From the NCBI GenBank assembly GCA_011682695.1, contig JAACED010000012.1, positions 43,518-107,517 on the forward strand: a stretch of 64,000 nucleotides of DNA. The letters are read 5' to 3'. Position 1 is the stretch's first letter. Every line of letters starts with the position of its first letter. This DNA is from Gammaproteobacteria bacterium (GTDB taxonomy: Bacteria > Actinomycetota > Acidimicrobiia > Spongiisociales > UBA4744). This document shows, one piece after another, positions 45,735-55,344 of the stretch. The position numbers and the translations under genes are program-made. The notes beneath the pieces were generated by a model. That model searched no databases. It was not told where the DNA came from and saw only the letters and a program-made list of their open reading frames with translations.

Positions 45735-47217
45735 ACCCGCAGGACGCGCATCATCCTCGCCGCTCCTGGGCGGCGCCACCGAGCCGACACTCGCAGAATT
45801 CTCCAGTCCCGGAAGGAAGGCGTGGTCTCTCCCGCCCCTCGACGTACCGAAGTCGCCGCTGGATCTCGTGGAGGGACGCGATGGTCTCGTCGATCTCCCG
45901 GAGGTGTCCGAGCACGACCTGGTGATGCATGTCACCCGCCTGGCACACCGCAACTTCGCCGTCGACCTCGGTGCATACCCCCTCGGCTCCTGCACCATGA
46001 AGTACAACCCGAAGATCGCCGATTGGGTTGCCGATCTCCCAGAGTTTGGGACTCTGCATCCGGACACTCCGCCCTACGCAGCGCAAGGGACGATGGAGGT
46101 GCTGGTGGAAGCCGAGCGTATCCTCTGCGAGCTCACCGGCATGTTTCGTGCGACCTTCCAGCCTGCCGCCGGAGCCGCAGGAGAACTCACGGGCATGATG
46201 ATCACTCGTGCGTACCACGCTGCCAACGGGAATCCGCGCAGTGTCATGCTGGTCCCTGACTCCGCACACGGTACGAACCCGGCGTCGGCCGCGCTGAGCG
46301 GCTACGAGGTCAAAGAAGTGCCATCGAATGAGCACGGAATGGTCGACCTCGACACACTCCGTGCAGTCCTGAACGACGAGGTTGCCGGCTTGATGCTGAC
46401 CAACCCGAACACGCTCGGGCTGTTTGAAGTGGAGATCCTGGATATCGCCGATGCCGTGCATGAGGTGGGAGGCCTCCTCTACTACGACGGAGCCAACCTG
46501 AATGCGATCCTCGGAGTGTCCAGACCGGGTGACATGGGGTTCGACATCGTCCACTCCAATCTGCACAAGACCTTCGGGACTCCCCATGGGGGTGGTGGAC
46601 CGGGATCCGGCCCCGTGGCGGTTTCGAGGGAACTTGCTCCTTTCCTGCCAGGACCGCTGCCGGTACGCGACGACGAAGGCCTCCTCCGATGGGGAATGCC
46701 TGCGCGCTCGATCGGCAGGGTGCATGGTCGGCACGGGAATTTCGGCGTGGTGCTGCGCGCCGTCGCCTACATGCGTGCGCTGGGAGGAGCAGGCCTCCGG
46801 CGAGTCGCAGAGCGGTCCGTGCTGAACGCCCGGTATCTCGCCTACCTCCTGAGCGACCGTTTCGAGATTCCGTACCCGGCGCCGTGTATGCACGAGTTCG
46901 TTGCCTCCGCCCATCGGATCAAAACCGAAACGGGCGTACACACCATGGACATCGTCAAGGCCCTCCTCGATGAGGGATTCCATGCTCCAACGATGTACTT
47001 CCCGCTGATCGTTCACGAGGCGCTCATGTTCGAGCCGACCGAGACGCAGTCGAGGGAGACTTTGGAGGCATTGGCTGCCGCGATGAACGCGATCGGCGAG
47101 AAGGCGTACACGGATCCCACAGCCGTCAAGGACGCTCCCATTCTGACGCCTGTCCATCGGCCCGACGACGCCCTTGCCGCCCGTCATCTGAATGTCAGCT
47201 GGTTCATGGAGGAGTAG
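45727..47217 (+). CDS. gcvPB: Glycine dehydrogenase (decarboxylating) subunit 2
   Basis: PLP-binding half (…SNLHKTFGTPHGGGGPG…). Overlaps gcvPA by 8 nt. Confidence 0.9.
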   Translation: MAEPAGRASSSPLLGGATEPTLAEFSSPGRKAWSLPPLDVPKSPLDLVEGRDGLVDLPEVSEHDLVMHVTRLAHRNFAVDLGAYPLGSCTMKYNPKIADWVADLPEFGTLHPDTPPYAAQGTMEVLVEAERILCELTGMFRATFQPAAGAAGELTGMMITRAYHAANGNPRSVMLVPDSAHGTNPASAALSGYEVKEVPSNEHGMVDLDTLRAVLNDEVAGLMLTNPNTLGLFEVEILDIADAVHEVGGLLYYDGANLNAILGVSRPGDMGFDIVHSNLHKTFGTPHGGGGPGSGPVAVSRELAPFLPGPLPVRDDEGLLRWGMPARSIGRVHGRHGNFGVVLRAVAYMRALGGAGLRRVAERSVLNARYLAYLLSDRFEIPYPAPCMHEFVASAHRIKTETGVHTMDIVKALLDEGFHAPTMYFPLIVHEALMFEPTETQSRETLEALAAAMNAIGEKAYTDPTAVKDAPILTPVHRPDDALAARHLNVSWFMEE

Positions 47218-47220
47218 GTC

Positions 47221-48018
47221 ATGGAAGAGAGAACGGCGAGAGACGGAACGATGATCGCCATACGGCGATGGGCGGTACCAAGCCCGAAGGCGGCGATGCT
47301 CATCGTTCACGGACTTGGCGAACACAGCGGACGGTACGACCACGTTGCCCGGTTTTTCAACGGAAGGGGTATCGACGTAACCGCCTTCGACCTGCGAGGA
47401 CATGGTCTGTCCGGTGGGCGACGAGGCTACGTCGGACGCTGGAGCGACTACCTGGACGATCTCGAAGACAGGCTGTTGGAGACGCAATCCATCGGAGCTC
47501 CCGTCGTGCTCTACGGACACTCGCTCGGAGGACTGATTGCCGCGTCGTATGTCACGTCGGATCGTCCGCAGCCGGACGCTCTCATAGCGAGCGCACCCGG
47601 CCTCGAAGACAACCTGAAACCGATACTGCATGTGCTCCCGAAGATCCTCGGTCCGTTACTGCCCACGCTCGCCGTGGCGACGGGGATCACCGCGGATCAA
47701 CTGTCGCGAGACCCGGCAGTCGGAGAGGCCTACTTCGCCGATCCGCTGGTCCTGACAAAGGCCACGCTTCGACTCGCAGCGGAGGCACTGCAGGCCCAAG
47801 TTGCGACAATCGGTCAACTGGCGAAGATCTCGCTCCCGACGCTGACGATTCACGGATCCGAAGACTCACTCGTCCCTCCGTCGGCGAGTGCACTCTTGGA
47901 GCCCCACGCGAAGCGTATCCTGTACGAAGGGCTTCGCCATGAGTGCCACAACGAGCCCGAGCAGGCCAAGGTCCTGAACGACATCGCCACCTGGGTTGAG
48001 GAACAGGTTCAGGCGTAG
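47221..48018 (+). CDS. Alpha/beta hydrolase (lysophospholipase/monoacylglycerol-lipase-like)
   Basis: HGLGEHSGRY, nucleophile elbow GHSLGG, C-terminal His (HECHNEP). Confidence 0.8.
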   Translation: MEERTARDGTMIAIRRWAVPSPKAAMLIVHGLGEHSGRYDHVARFFNGRGIDVTAFDLRGHGLSGGRRGYVGRWSDYLDDLEDRLLETQSIGAPVVLYGHSLGGLIAASYVTSDRPQPDALIASAPGLEDNLKPILHVLPKILGPLLPTLAVATGITADQLSRDPAVGEAYFADPLVLTKATLRLAAEALQAQVATIGQLAKISLPTLTIHGSEDSLVPPSASALLEPHAKRILYEGLRHECHNEPEQAKVLNDIATWVEEQVQA

Positions 48019-49070
48019 GCACTCCGGATTCGCTCCTCCAGAATCCTGTGCTTGAGGGGAAGCGGAGCGAACGCCGCCATCATCGCGTTTTCGGTCACCT
48101 TCAACAGGTCGGAACGTTCGAATCCATGATGCTCCACGACAAAGCGGAACTCGCTGGACAGCGAGGTCCTGCTCATCAGCCGATTGTCGGTATTGAGTGT
48201 GATCGTGAAGCCCGCTCTGTGAAGCGCTCCCACCGGATGGGTACGTGCAGACCAGCCGCCTGTGTGCAGGTTGGAGGAAGGACACACTTCGAGAGGAACC
48301 CGAAAGTCGCGGACATACGCGGCAAGATCTCCAAGCTCGACGATGTCGGTGCCGTCGAGCGTGCAGTCATCGATGATGTGCACACCGTGGCCAACGCGAT
48401 GTGCCCCGCAGCGTTGGAGGGCCGTCCAGATGCTGTGGGGACCGTCCACCTCTCCTGCATGGATGGTCAGGCCCATGTTGGCGCCCCGTACGATCCTGGT
48501 GGCGACCAAATGACGGTCGGCTGGAACGTCGAGTTCGGAACCCGCGAGATCGAAGCCGACCACGCCGAGATGTGAGTACGCCGATGCAAGCCGCGCCACG
48601 AGAGGAGAGTCGTCGCGCTCACGCATCGCATCCAGGATCAGGCCCACGAACATTCCGGTCTCCGCGGATCCCTGGTTGAGGCCGGCAAGCGCGGCTTCGA
48701 CCACCTCCTCCGGACTGAGGCCTAGCTCTGTGTGGTTGGTCGGGGCAAACCGGAACTCTCCATACACCACTCCGTCCGATGCAGTATCCAGGACTGCCTC
48801 ATAGGCCACGCGCTGCAGAGCTTCTGCAGTCTGCATGACACCGATCGTGTGCCGGAACGACTCGAGATATCTGGCCAGAGAACCAGATTCACCCTGGTAG
48901 AACCATGCCGCCAGATCCCGCTCATCGGTCTCCGGGAGGAACCCGTAGCCTTGCGCCTCTGCAAGATCGAGGATCGTCTCGATCCGGAGGCCACCGTCGA
49001 GATGGTCATGCAGCAAGACCTTCGGCAGCGTGTTCACGAGGATCTCATCAGAGCAGACTCCATCCACCAA
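48009..49070 (-). CDS. add: Adenosine deaminase
   Basis: LPKVLLHDHLDGG metal-binding motif, HAGE, SLNTDN-like (TLNTDNRL). Confidence 0.85.
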   Translation of the reverse strand: MVDGVCSDEILVNTLPKVLLHDHLDGGLRIETILDLAEAQGYGFLPETDERDLAAWFYQGESGSLARYLESFRHTIGVMQTAEALQRVAYEAVLDTASDGVVYGEFRFAPTNHTELGLSPEEVVEAALAGLNQGSAETGMFVGLILDAMRERDDSPLVARLASAYSHLGVVGFDLAGSELDVPADRHLVATRIVRGANMGLTIHAGEVDGPHSIWTALQRCGAHRVGHGVHIIDDCTLDGTDIVELGDLAAYVRDFRVPLEVCPSSNLHTGGWSARTHPVGALHRAGFTITLNTDNRLMSRTSLSSEFRFVVEHHGFERSDLLKVTENAMMAAFAPLPLKHRILEERIRSAYA

Positions 49071-49531
49071 CGCCTCTCCAGGAACGGCTCTCCGTAGAGA
49101 TGAACCTCCATTGTCTCACCCGGGCTGAACCCGAGATGCTCGACAAAGCCTTCTCCCGATTGGTTTCCGAGGATCAGATCCACGGTGACCGGAAAGGAAG
49201 GTGCCAGGGATCGAATCTTCTCGAGGAGCGCCGTTGCCGCACCGTGCCGGCGATACTCCGGGTGCGTGCACATCGCCGCCACGACGATTGTGCTTCCTTC
49301 GACATAGACGTCGGTGAACGCCGCGGGGCGGCCATCGATCTCGATCAGGAAGATCGGATGGTCCTCCCACCGTTGCTCCAACGCCGAAGGCGAATACGCG
49401 GCCGCGAGCCATCGTTCGATCGTGTCTGCATCCAGAAGATCTCGGTATGTCATACGCCACGACACATTCGCGATCTGCGCCACGGACGCCAGGTCCTGCT
49501 CGTCTGCCCTCCAGATCCTCACGACCTCCAA
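49034..49531 (-). CDS. GNAT family N-acetyltransferase
   Basis: Acetyltransferase core (…HPEYRRHGAATALLEKI…). TTG start after GGAG. The 3' end overlaps the add start by 37 nt. Confidence 0.55.
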   Translation of the reverse strand: MEVVRIWRADEQDLASVAQIANVSWRMTYRDLLDADTIERWLAAAYSPSALEQRWEDHPIFLIEIDGRPAAFTDVYVEGSTIVVAAMCTHPEYRRHGAATALLEKIRSLAPSFPVTVDLILGNQSGEGFVEHLGFSPGETMEVHLYGEPFLERRWWMESALMRSS

Positions 49532-49733
49532 ACTACTAGCTCCACAGGCAACGTTTGCGCCATCTCTCCGCCGGAATTCCGCTCCCGGTGTTCTCTTCCC
49601 GTGTCCTCACGGGCGACGCCCCCGACCGGCCATCGAAACCACGAACACTGTCTGCCAACACAGTCGTACCCGTGAACTTCCCGGTGTTGCCTGCTCTCAT
49701 GCGACACAAGTCGGATCGTGCAAACATGAGGCC

Positions 49734-50270
49734 ATGCTGAAGGCAGGGAAGCTTCTCGTCGCCACTCCAACGATTGTCGACCCCAACTTCGCTCGCACGG
49801 TCGTGTTGCTGTGCCAGTACGGAGATGAGGGGGCCGTCGGCCTGGTCCTCAATCGACCGTCTGACGTCGCCGTAGCCGATCACCTGCCGGAGTGGACCCA
49901 CTTGGCGTCCGACCCCCTCGTGGGGTTCGGTGGACCCGTCGATACCGATGCGGCCATCGGTCTCGGAAGAGGGGTGGTGCAATCAGATCTGTGGACACCG
50001 ATCTGCTGCGGCCTGGGATTGGTCGACCTCAGCCGCAGCTCGACGCAGATCGAAGGTCTCGAGGAGGTGCGGGTCTTCGCGGGCTATTCGGGATGGGGCC
50101 CCGGTCAGCTCGAGAGAGAGATTGCCGAGGCCGGCTGGTTCGTGGTCGACTTGGATGATCAGGATGTCTTCTCATCCGACGCCACCTTGCTCTGGTCGAA
50201 GGTGTTGAGACGACAGCACGGAGACCTCGCATTGTTCGCGGACTTTCCCACCGATCCGAGCATGAACTGA
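49734..50270 (+). CDS. YqgE/AlgH family protein (UPF0301/DUF179)
   Basis: MLKAGKLLVATPTIVDPNFARTVVLLCQYGDEGAVGLVLNRP... is typical of the family. Start at the internal ATG of the track ORF. Confidence 0.8.
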   Translation: MLKAGKLLVATPTIVDPNFARTVVLLCQYGDEGAVGLVLNRPSDVAVADHLPEWTHLASDPLVGFGGPVDTDAAIGLGRGVVQSDLWTPICCGLGLVDLSRSSTQIEGLEEVRVFAGYSGWGPGQLEREIAEAGWFVVDLDDQDVFSSDATLLWSKVLRRQHGDLALFADFPTDPSMN

Positions 50271-50295
50271 GCAGTTTGTCGGGTAGGCTCGCCCG

Positions 50296-50961
50296 GTGGC
50301 AACGACACGGCTTCGTCCATCCATCAGAGGTGTCTCTCCGAACCTCCTGGTGGAACAGGAGTATTGGAATTCGGGAGAAAGTGTCGTCGCGGGGATCGAC
50401 GAGGTCGGTCGTGGAGCATGGGCGGGTCCGCTCACGATCGCAGTTGCCGTCCTCCCGAAACGGCGACGAATCTACAGGGTTCGTGATTCCAAACTCCTCA
50501 ACGAGCACGAACGTGAGGCCCTGTTCGACCGGGTGGCGGAGTGGTGCGACGACTGGGCGGTCGGGCACGCGACTGCAGCCGAGTGCGATCGTCTCGGCAT
50601 GTCCCAGGCGCAACGCCTGGCGGCTTCGAGAGCGATCGGTGCTCTGCATCGACAGCCTGACAGGGTGCTCGTCGACGGGCCGTGGGACTTTGTAGCCCGG
50701 GGAAACAGCCACACGATCGTTCACGGAGACCGAACCTCGCTTTCGATCGCGGCCGCGTCGATTCTCGCCAAGGTAACCCGCGACAGGCTCATGCGCTCCC
50801 TCTCCAGCGACCTCCCGTGGTATCGGCTAGAGCGAAACAAGGGCTACCCGAGCCCAGCTCATCGAGCGGCGCTACAGGTGTGGGGCCCTTCGACCCTCCA
50901 CCGCACGTCATGGGGATTCATGGACAAACTGATGTGGCAACGGCGTCCGGCGATCCGATAG
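50296..50961 (+). CDS. rnhB: Ribonuclease HII
   Basis: GIDEVGRGAWAGPL active-site motif, DSKLL, HGD…S.SIAAASILAK. GTG start; an internal GTG at 50350 is an alternative. Confidence 0.85.
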   Translation: MATTRLRPSIRGVSPNLLVEQEYWNSGESVVAGIDEVGRGAWAGPLTIAVAVLPKRRRIYRVRDSKLLNEHEREALFDRVAEWCDDWAVGHATAAECDRLGMSQAQRLAASRAIGALHRQPDRVLVDGPWDFVARGNSHTIVHGDRTSLSIAAASILAKVTRDRLMRSLSSDLPWYRLERNKGYPSPAHRAALQVWGPSTLHRTSWGFMDKLMWQRRPAIR

Positions 50962-51349
50962 GTCGAAGCCGAAGACCTGATCTGCGGTCTCCATGGCTGC
51001 GGACGGCTGTTTACGGCGGGAGTGAACGCCCGCGCTGCTTCAGAGCAACTCTGCAGAATCGCCCCACGAGTCGAGGACGGGGGAGCGCATCAAGACGCTC
51101 ACTGGACCGGAAACGAACCCTGCGTGTGTCTCAGACACGCGCGCCGGCTACAAACGGTCTCAACGGCTCTCATGGCCCAATCGCAGCCGCAGAGCGCAAC
51201 AATCCACGCCTTCCCGACTCGACGAGGCACCCTCGGAAACCGCACTGGCCACGGGAACAGGCCGCCACCGACCACGCATCCGAGCGCGTTCGCCGGGAAG
51301 GTGCACCACGCCGTGATCAGGAGTTGATCCGGTGCGGTAAGCTCGAATC

Positions 51350-52111
51350 ATGAGGGTGCGTCTACCTGCCGTCGCCGGTACCTTCTATCCGCAGGACCCC
51401 GTCCAGCTTCGCGGCATGATCGAAGGGTTCCTTGCCTCGGCGAAGGTCGACATCACCCGCCACCCGAAAGCGATCATTACTCCTCATGCCGGGTACATCT
51501 ACTCGGGTCCTGTTGCCGCCATGGCATACGCGACCCTCAACCGGGACATCGTTCACAGAGTCGTCGTGATTGGACCGTCCCACTTCGTCTGGCTCGAAGG
51601 CCTGGCCCTCCCCGGTGTGGACAGTTTCCGAACTCCACTTGGGGACATCCCGCTGGTCGATCCTCTCCCGGTGCAGCTTCCCGTCATCCCTTCCGCACAC
51701 GCCAGGGAGCACTCCATCGAGGTCCAGCTGCCCTTCCTCCAGGTCGTCCTCGACGAGTTCGACCTGATTCCACTGGTCGTTGGAGACGCTGAGCCGGCAC
51801 TGGTCGCCGACACACTCGAAGCACTCCAGGGAGGACCGGAAACGTTGATTGTCGTCAGTTCCGATCTGTCCCACTATCTCGGTTATGAAGACGCCCGACG
51901 CGTGGATTCGATAACGGCATCCCGGATCGTAAAGGGGCAAGGGAATGCCCTCGCGCGACATTCCGCCTGTGGGCTTCGCGGGATTCAAGGTGTCTTGCAG
52001 TTCGCCGAACGGCACCAACTCTCCGTACGCCTTCTCGATCTTCGCAACTCGGGAGACACCGCCGGCGACAAGGATCAGGTCGTTGGCTACGGAGCGTTCG
52101 CGATCGGTTGA
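51350..52111 (+). CDS. MEMO1-family protein (AmmeMemoRadiSam system protein B type)
   Basis: RLPAVAGTFYPQDP, PHAGYIYSGPVAA, DLSHY motifs. Confidence 0.8.
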   Translation: MRVRLPAVAGTFYPQDPVQLRGMIEGFLASAKVDITRHPKAIITPHAGYIYSGPVAAMAYATLNRDIVHRVVVIGPSHFVWLEGLALPGVDSFRTPLGDIPLVDPLPVQLPVIPSAHAREHSIEVQLPFLQVVLDEFDLIPLVVGDAEPALVADTLEALQGGPETLIVVSSDLSHYLGYEDARRVDSITASRIVKGQGNALARHSACGLRGIQGVLQFAERHQLSVRLLDLRNSGDTAGDKDQVVGYGAFAIG

Positions 52112-52194
52112 CGACCTCAGCGGGAAGGACGCTGCGTGACGTTCGTACAGGGAGGGCAACAACAGACTCGTCGACCCCCATTAGGCTGCTGTGC

Positions 52195-53703
52195 GTGAAC
52201 GTAGTCGTCATCGGAGCGGGCCTCGGAGGGCTGAGCGCCGCTGCCCACCTGGCACGAGCAGGCCTCGGTGTGACCGTGCTCGAGCACCATTCCGTCCCTG
52301 GAGGCTACGCCCACGAATTCAAGCGGGATGACTTCCGCTTCGAGGTTGCCCTGCACGCCCTGGACGGCGCCGGTCCGGGAGGTTGGCTGTATCCCATCCT
52401 GGAGGAACTCGGAATCGATCTTCCGATGACGAGACTCGACCCTCTCTACCAGGCACACTATCCAGACATCCACATCACGGTACCGGCCGATCTGGCCGAG
52501 TACCAGGCGCAGCTCAGGTCTCTGTTCCCCGGCGAGCGTGAGGGAATCGATAGTCTGGTCGAGGCACTCAGACGGGTCTCCCACGACGTCGCCCGCTACA
52601 CGCTCGACCGTCAGCATGGGGAGCGGCCGGCTCCCTTCGAGATGCTCGAACGCTATCCGGCCATGGCACGTGCCTTCTCCCAAACGTGGTCTGAGCTCCT
52701 CGAAGGCCATATCCGTGACGCACGGCTCACGACCATCTTCTCTACCCTGTGGGGGTATCTCGGTCTGCCGCCGAGCCGGGTGAGTGCCGGACTGTTTGCC
52801 CTCGCGTGGAACAGCTATCACGTCGGCGGAGGGTATTACCCGGTCGGCGGCAGTCAGGCGCTCAGTCGCGCCTTCGAAGATGTGATCACCAGACACGCGG
52901 GGGAGATCCTCTACCGCCAGACGGTGAACGGAATCGTCGTGCGAGACGGTACCGCCGTTGCCGTGACCACAGAGCGCGGGCTCACGGTGGACGCGGATGT
53001 CGTCATCTCGAACGCCAGTCCCGTCGATACGATGCGTTTCCTGGGCACGGATGTGCTTCCGGACGACTACGTCCAGGACCGACGCGCCGATGTGCCATCG
53101 TTGTCCACACTCGTCCTGTACCTGGGGCTCGACCGCGACATCCGTGCCGAGGGGTGGAACGCCCACGAGGCCTTCCTCTCGGAGACGTTCGACACCGACG
53201 CGGACTACGCCGCCGCGATGTCCGGGGATTTCTCAAAGGCATCCATGGTGATTGCGGACTACACGCACACCGATCCCGGCTGTGCGCCGGCAGGCAAGAG
53301 TGTCGTGGCGATGCTCACGTTGGCACCGTGGGAATATGCGGACACCTGGGGTACCGGTGGAGATCTGGTTGGATACCGACGGAACCCTCGGTACCGAGCA
53401 TTGAAGCGCGCAGCAGCCGACATCCTGCTCGCGCGAGCCGAACGCCTCATCCCCGGCCTGCAGGACTCCATCGAGGTAATGGAGATAGCGACGCCGCTGA
53501 CCAACCATCGCTACGGTCTGGCGACCCGAGGCTCCATCTACGGCCGTGAGCAGACGGTTGACAACCTGCTGGTACGCATTTCCCCGAAGACGCCGATCCC
53601 CAATGTGTTCCTGACCGGAGCCTGGATCAGTGGGGGAGGGATGAGCACGGCGATCGCTTCAGGGAGAACCGCAGCAGAGATCGTGGCGTCCCGGCTCCGG
53701 TGA
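52195..53703 (+). CDS. NAD(P)/FAD-dependent oxidoreductase (phytoene-desaturase/CrtI-like amine-oxidase fold)
   Basis: Dinucleotide-binding VVVIGAGLGGLSAA…LE motif at the proposed N-terminus (GTG 52195). The track ORF begins at the TTG at 52108 (TTGA overlap with the Memo gene), giving a 29-aa low-complexity extension. Start uncertain. Confidence 0.7.
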   Translation: MNVVVIGAGLGGLSAAAHLARAGLGVTVLEHHSVPGGYAHEFKRDDFRFEVALHALDGAGPGGWLYPILEELGIDLPMTRLDPLYQAHYPDIHITVPADLAEYQAQLRSLFPGEREGIDSLVEALRRVSHDVARYTLDRQHGERPAPFEMLERYPAMARAFSQTWSELLEGHIRDARLTTIFSTLWGYLGLPPSRVSAGLFALAWNSYHVGGGYYPVGGSQALSRAFEDVITRHAGEILYRQTVNGIVVRDGTAVAVTTERGLTVDADVVISNASPVDTMRFLGTDVLPDDYVQDRRADVPSLSTLVLYLGLDRDIRAEGWNAHEAFLSETFDTDADYAAAMSGDFSKASMVIADYTHTDPGCAPAGKSVVAMLTLAPWEYADTWGTGGDLVGYRRNPRYRALKRAAADILLARAERLIPGLQDSIEVMEIATPLTNHRYGLATRGSIYGREQTVDNLLVRISPKTPIPNVFLTGAWISGGGMSTAIASGRTAAEIVASRLR

Positions 53704-53706
53704 AGC

Positions 53707-55080
53707 TCACGAGTCTGGAGAGTCGGTCAACTCGTCCTGCTCGCCCAGAAGCGGCACTCCAACCTCCCACCCAAGCTCCGATCGAATGCGAACTCGCAAC
53801 GCCTCTGCAGCGTCCGGCTCGCCATGGGTGATGAAGGTCCGCTTCGGCGGACGTTCGAAGGTTCCGAGCCACTGCATGATCTCGTTTGCATCGGCATGGG
53901 CCGACAGGCCCCCGATGTGTTCCACATTGCAACGGACGGGTACCCATTCACCGTGAATCTTCACCTTGTCCTCGCCATTGAGAATCCGGCGTCCACGGGT
54001 TCCCGCGGCTTGATAGCCGACGAACACGAGCGTGTTTCGCTCGTCGGGAGCGATGAATCTGAGATGATGGAGAACCCGGCCGCCAGTGAGCATGCCTGAG
54101 GCCGAGACGATCACCCCAGGACCTTCCAGGTGGTTCAGCTCCTTCGACTCCTCCACAGACCGCACCAGGCGCACGTCACGCTCCAACTCCCGGAGCTGGC
54201 CAACGGTGAGCCGGTGGTCCTGCGGGTACTTGAGGTACAGATCGGTGGTCTTGACGGCCATGGGACTGTTGAGATACACCGGCATACTCGGGATCCGGCC
54301 CGCTTCCATGAGGGTGTAGATGGCGTAGAGCACGGCCTGTGCCCGTCCTACCGCGAACGAGGGAATGAGCACGACGCCCTTGCGTTCGGCCGTACTGTTG
54401 ATGATCGTCTCGAGACGGGATGCTGCATCCTCGTGCTCGTGAATCCGGTCACCGTACGTGGATTCACACACCAGGTAGTCGGTGCTCAATCCTGTTCGTG
54501 GTGGGATCATGACCGGGTCGTCCGGCCTGCCGAGATCACCACTGAAGGTCAATGTCGTCTCACCAGACTCGATCTGAACCATGGATGCTCCGAGGATGTG
54601 TCCGTCTGGAAGGAAACGGAACGACAGGTTCTGGTCGATGCGGTGGCGTGTGTCGAAGTCGAGCGGTCGGAAGCTGTCGAGCGCAGCGAGAGCGTCGGCT
54701 TCGGTGTAGAGGGGGAGTGCGGGCTCGTGTTTCGAGAACTTCTTCTTGTTGGCGTACTCGGCGTCTTCCTCTTGGATGTGTCCGCTGTCGGGAAGGAGAA
54801 TCGCGGCGAGATCGATGGTGGCCGGTGTGGCAAACACGGGGCCTGAGAAACCGTGCTTGATGAGAAGGGGGAGATAGCCACTGTGATCGAGATGCGCGTG
54901 CGTGAGCATGACTGCATCGAGCGACGCCGGGTCCAGGGGGAGGGGAGCCCAGTTGCGCTCACGCAGGTTCTTGTAGCCCTGGAACAAGCCACAGTCGACG
55001 AGAACTTGCCTGTTTCCCGCCGTGACGAGGTACTTGGAGCCGGTGACGGTGCCCGTGCCACCGAGGAACTCGATGTTCAT
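53707..55080 (-). CDS. MBL-fold metallo-hydrolase with beta-CASP/RNA-specificity domain
   Basis: MNIEFLGGTGTVTGSKYLV…, HxHxDH (THAHLDHSGY), beta-CASP motifs and C-terminal RMBL domain. Start at the internal ATG (codon 70 of the track ORF). Confidence 0.8.
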   Translation of the reverse strand: MNIEFLGGTGTVTGSKYLVTAGNRQVLVDCGLFQGYKNLRERNWAPLPLDPASLDAVMLTHAHLDHSGYLPLLIKHGFSGPVFATPATIDLAAILLPDSGHIQEEDAEYANKKKFSKHEPALPLYTEADALAALDSFRPLDFDTRHRIDQNLSFRFLPDGHILGASMVQIESGETTLTFSGDLGRPDDPVMIPPRTGLSTDYLVCESTYGDRIHEHEDAASRLETIINSTAERKGVVLIPSFAVGRAQAVLYAIYTLMEAGRIPSMPVYLNSPMAVKTTDLYLKYPQDHRLTVGQLRELERDVRLVRSVEESKELNHLEGPGVIVSASGMLTGGRVLHHLRFIAPDERNTLVFVGYQAAGTRGRRILNGEDKVKIHGEWVPVRCNVEHIGGLSAHADANEIMQWLGTFERPPKRTFITHGEPDAAEALRVRIRSELGWEVGVPLLGEQDELTDSPDS

Positions 55081-55344
55081 GGTGCGGAGGCTAGTGTCAC
55101 GGCGCGAGAACCTGTCCATGGTCGGTCGCGAGTCCCTGTCGACATCGAGACCTGTGTCCGCGGACCCCGAATGCACGCATGGCCCCCAACCTGCTCGGAG
55201 GCCACCCGGTGGGGGAGTGGTGGCAAAGCTCTGATGGCCTCTTGGCCGTCTTGTCCATGTCGCGGCACCTTGCTGCGGCCGAGGCAACCGGAGACGGCAA
55301 CAATCGCTCCCCGGTGGTCCTCCGCCATGTCACGATCCGACCCT

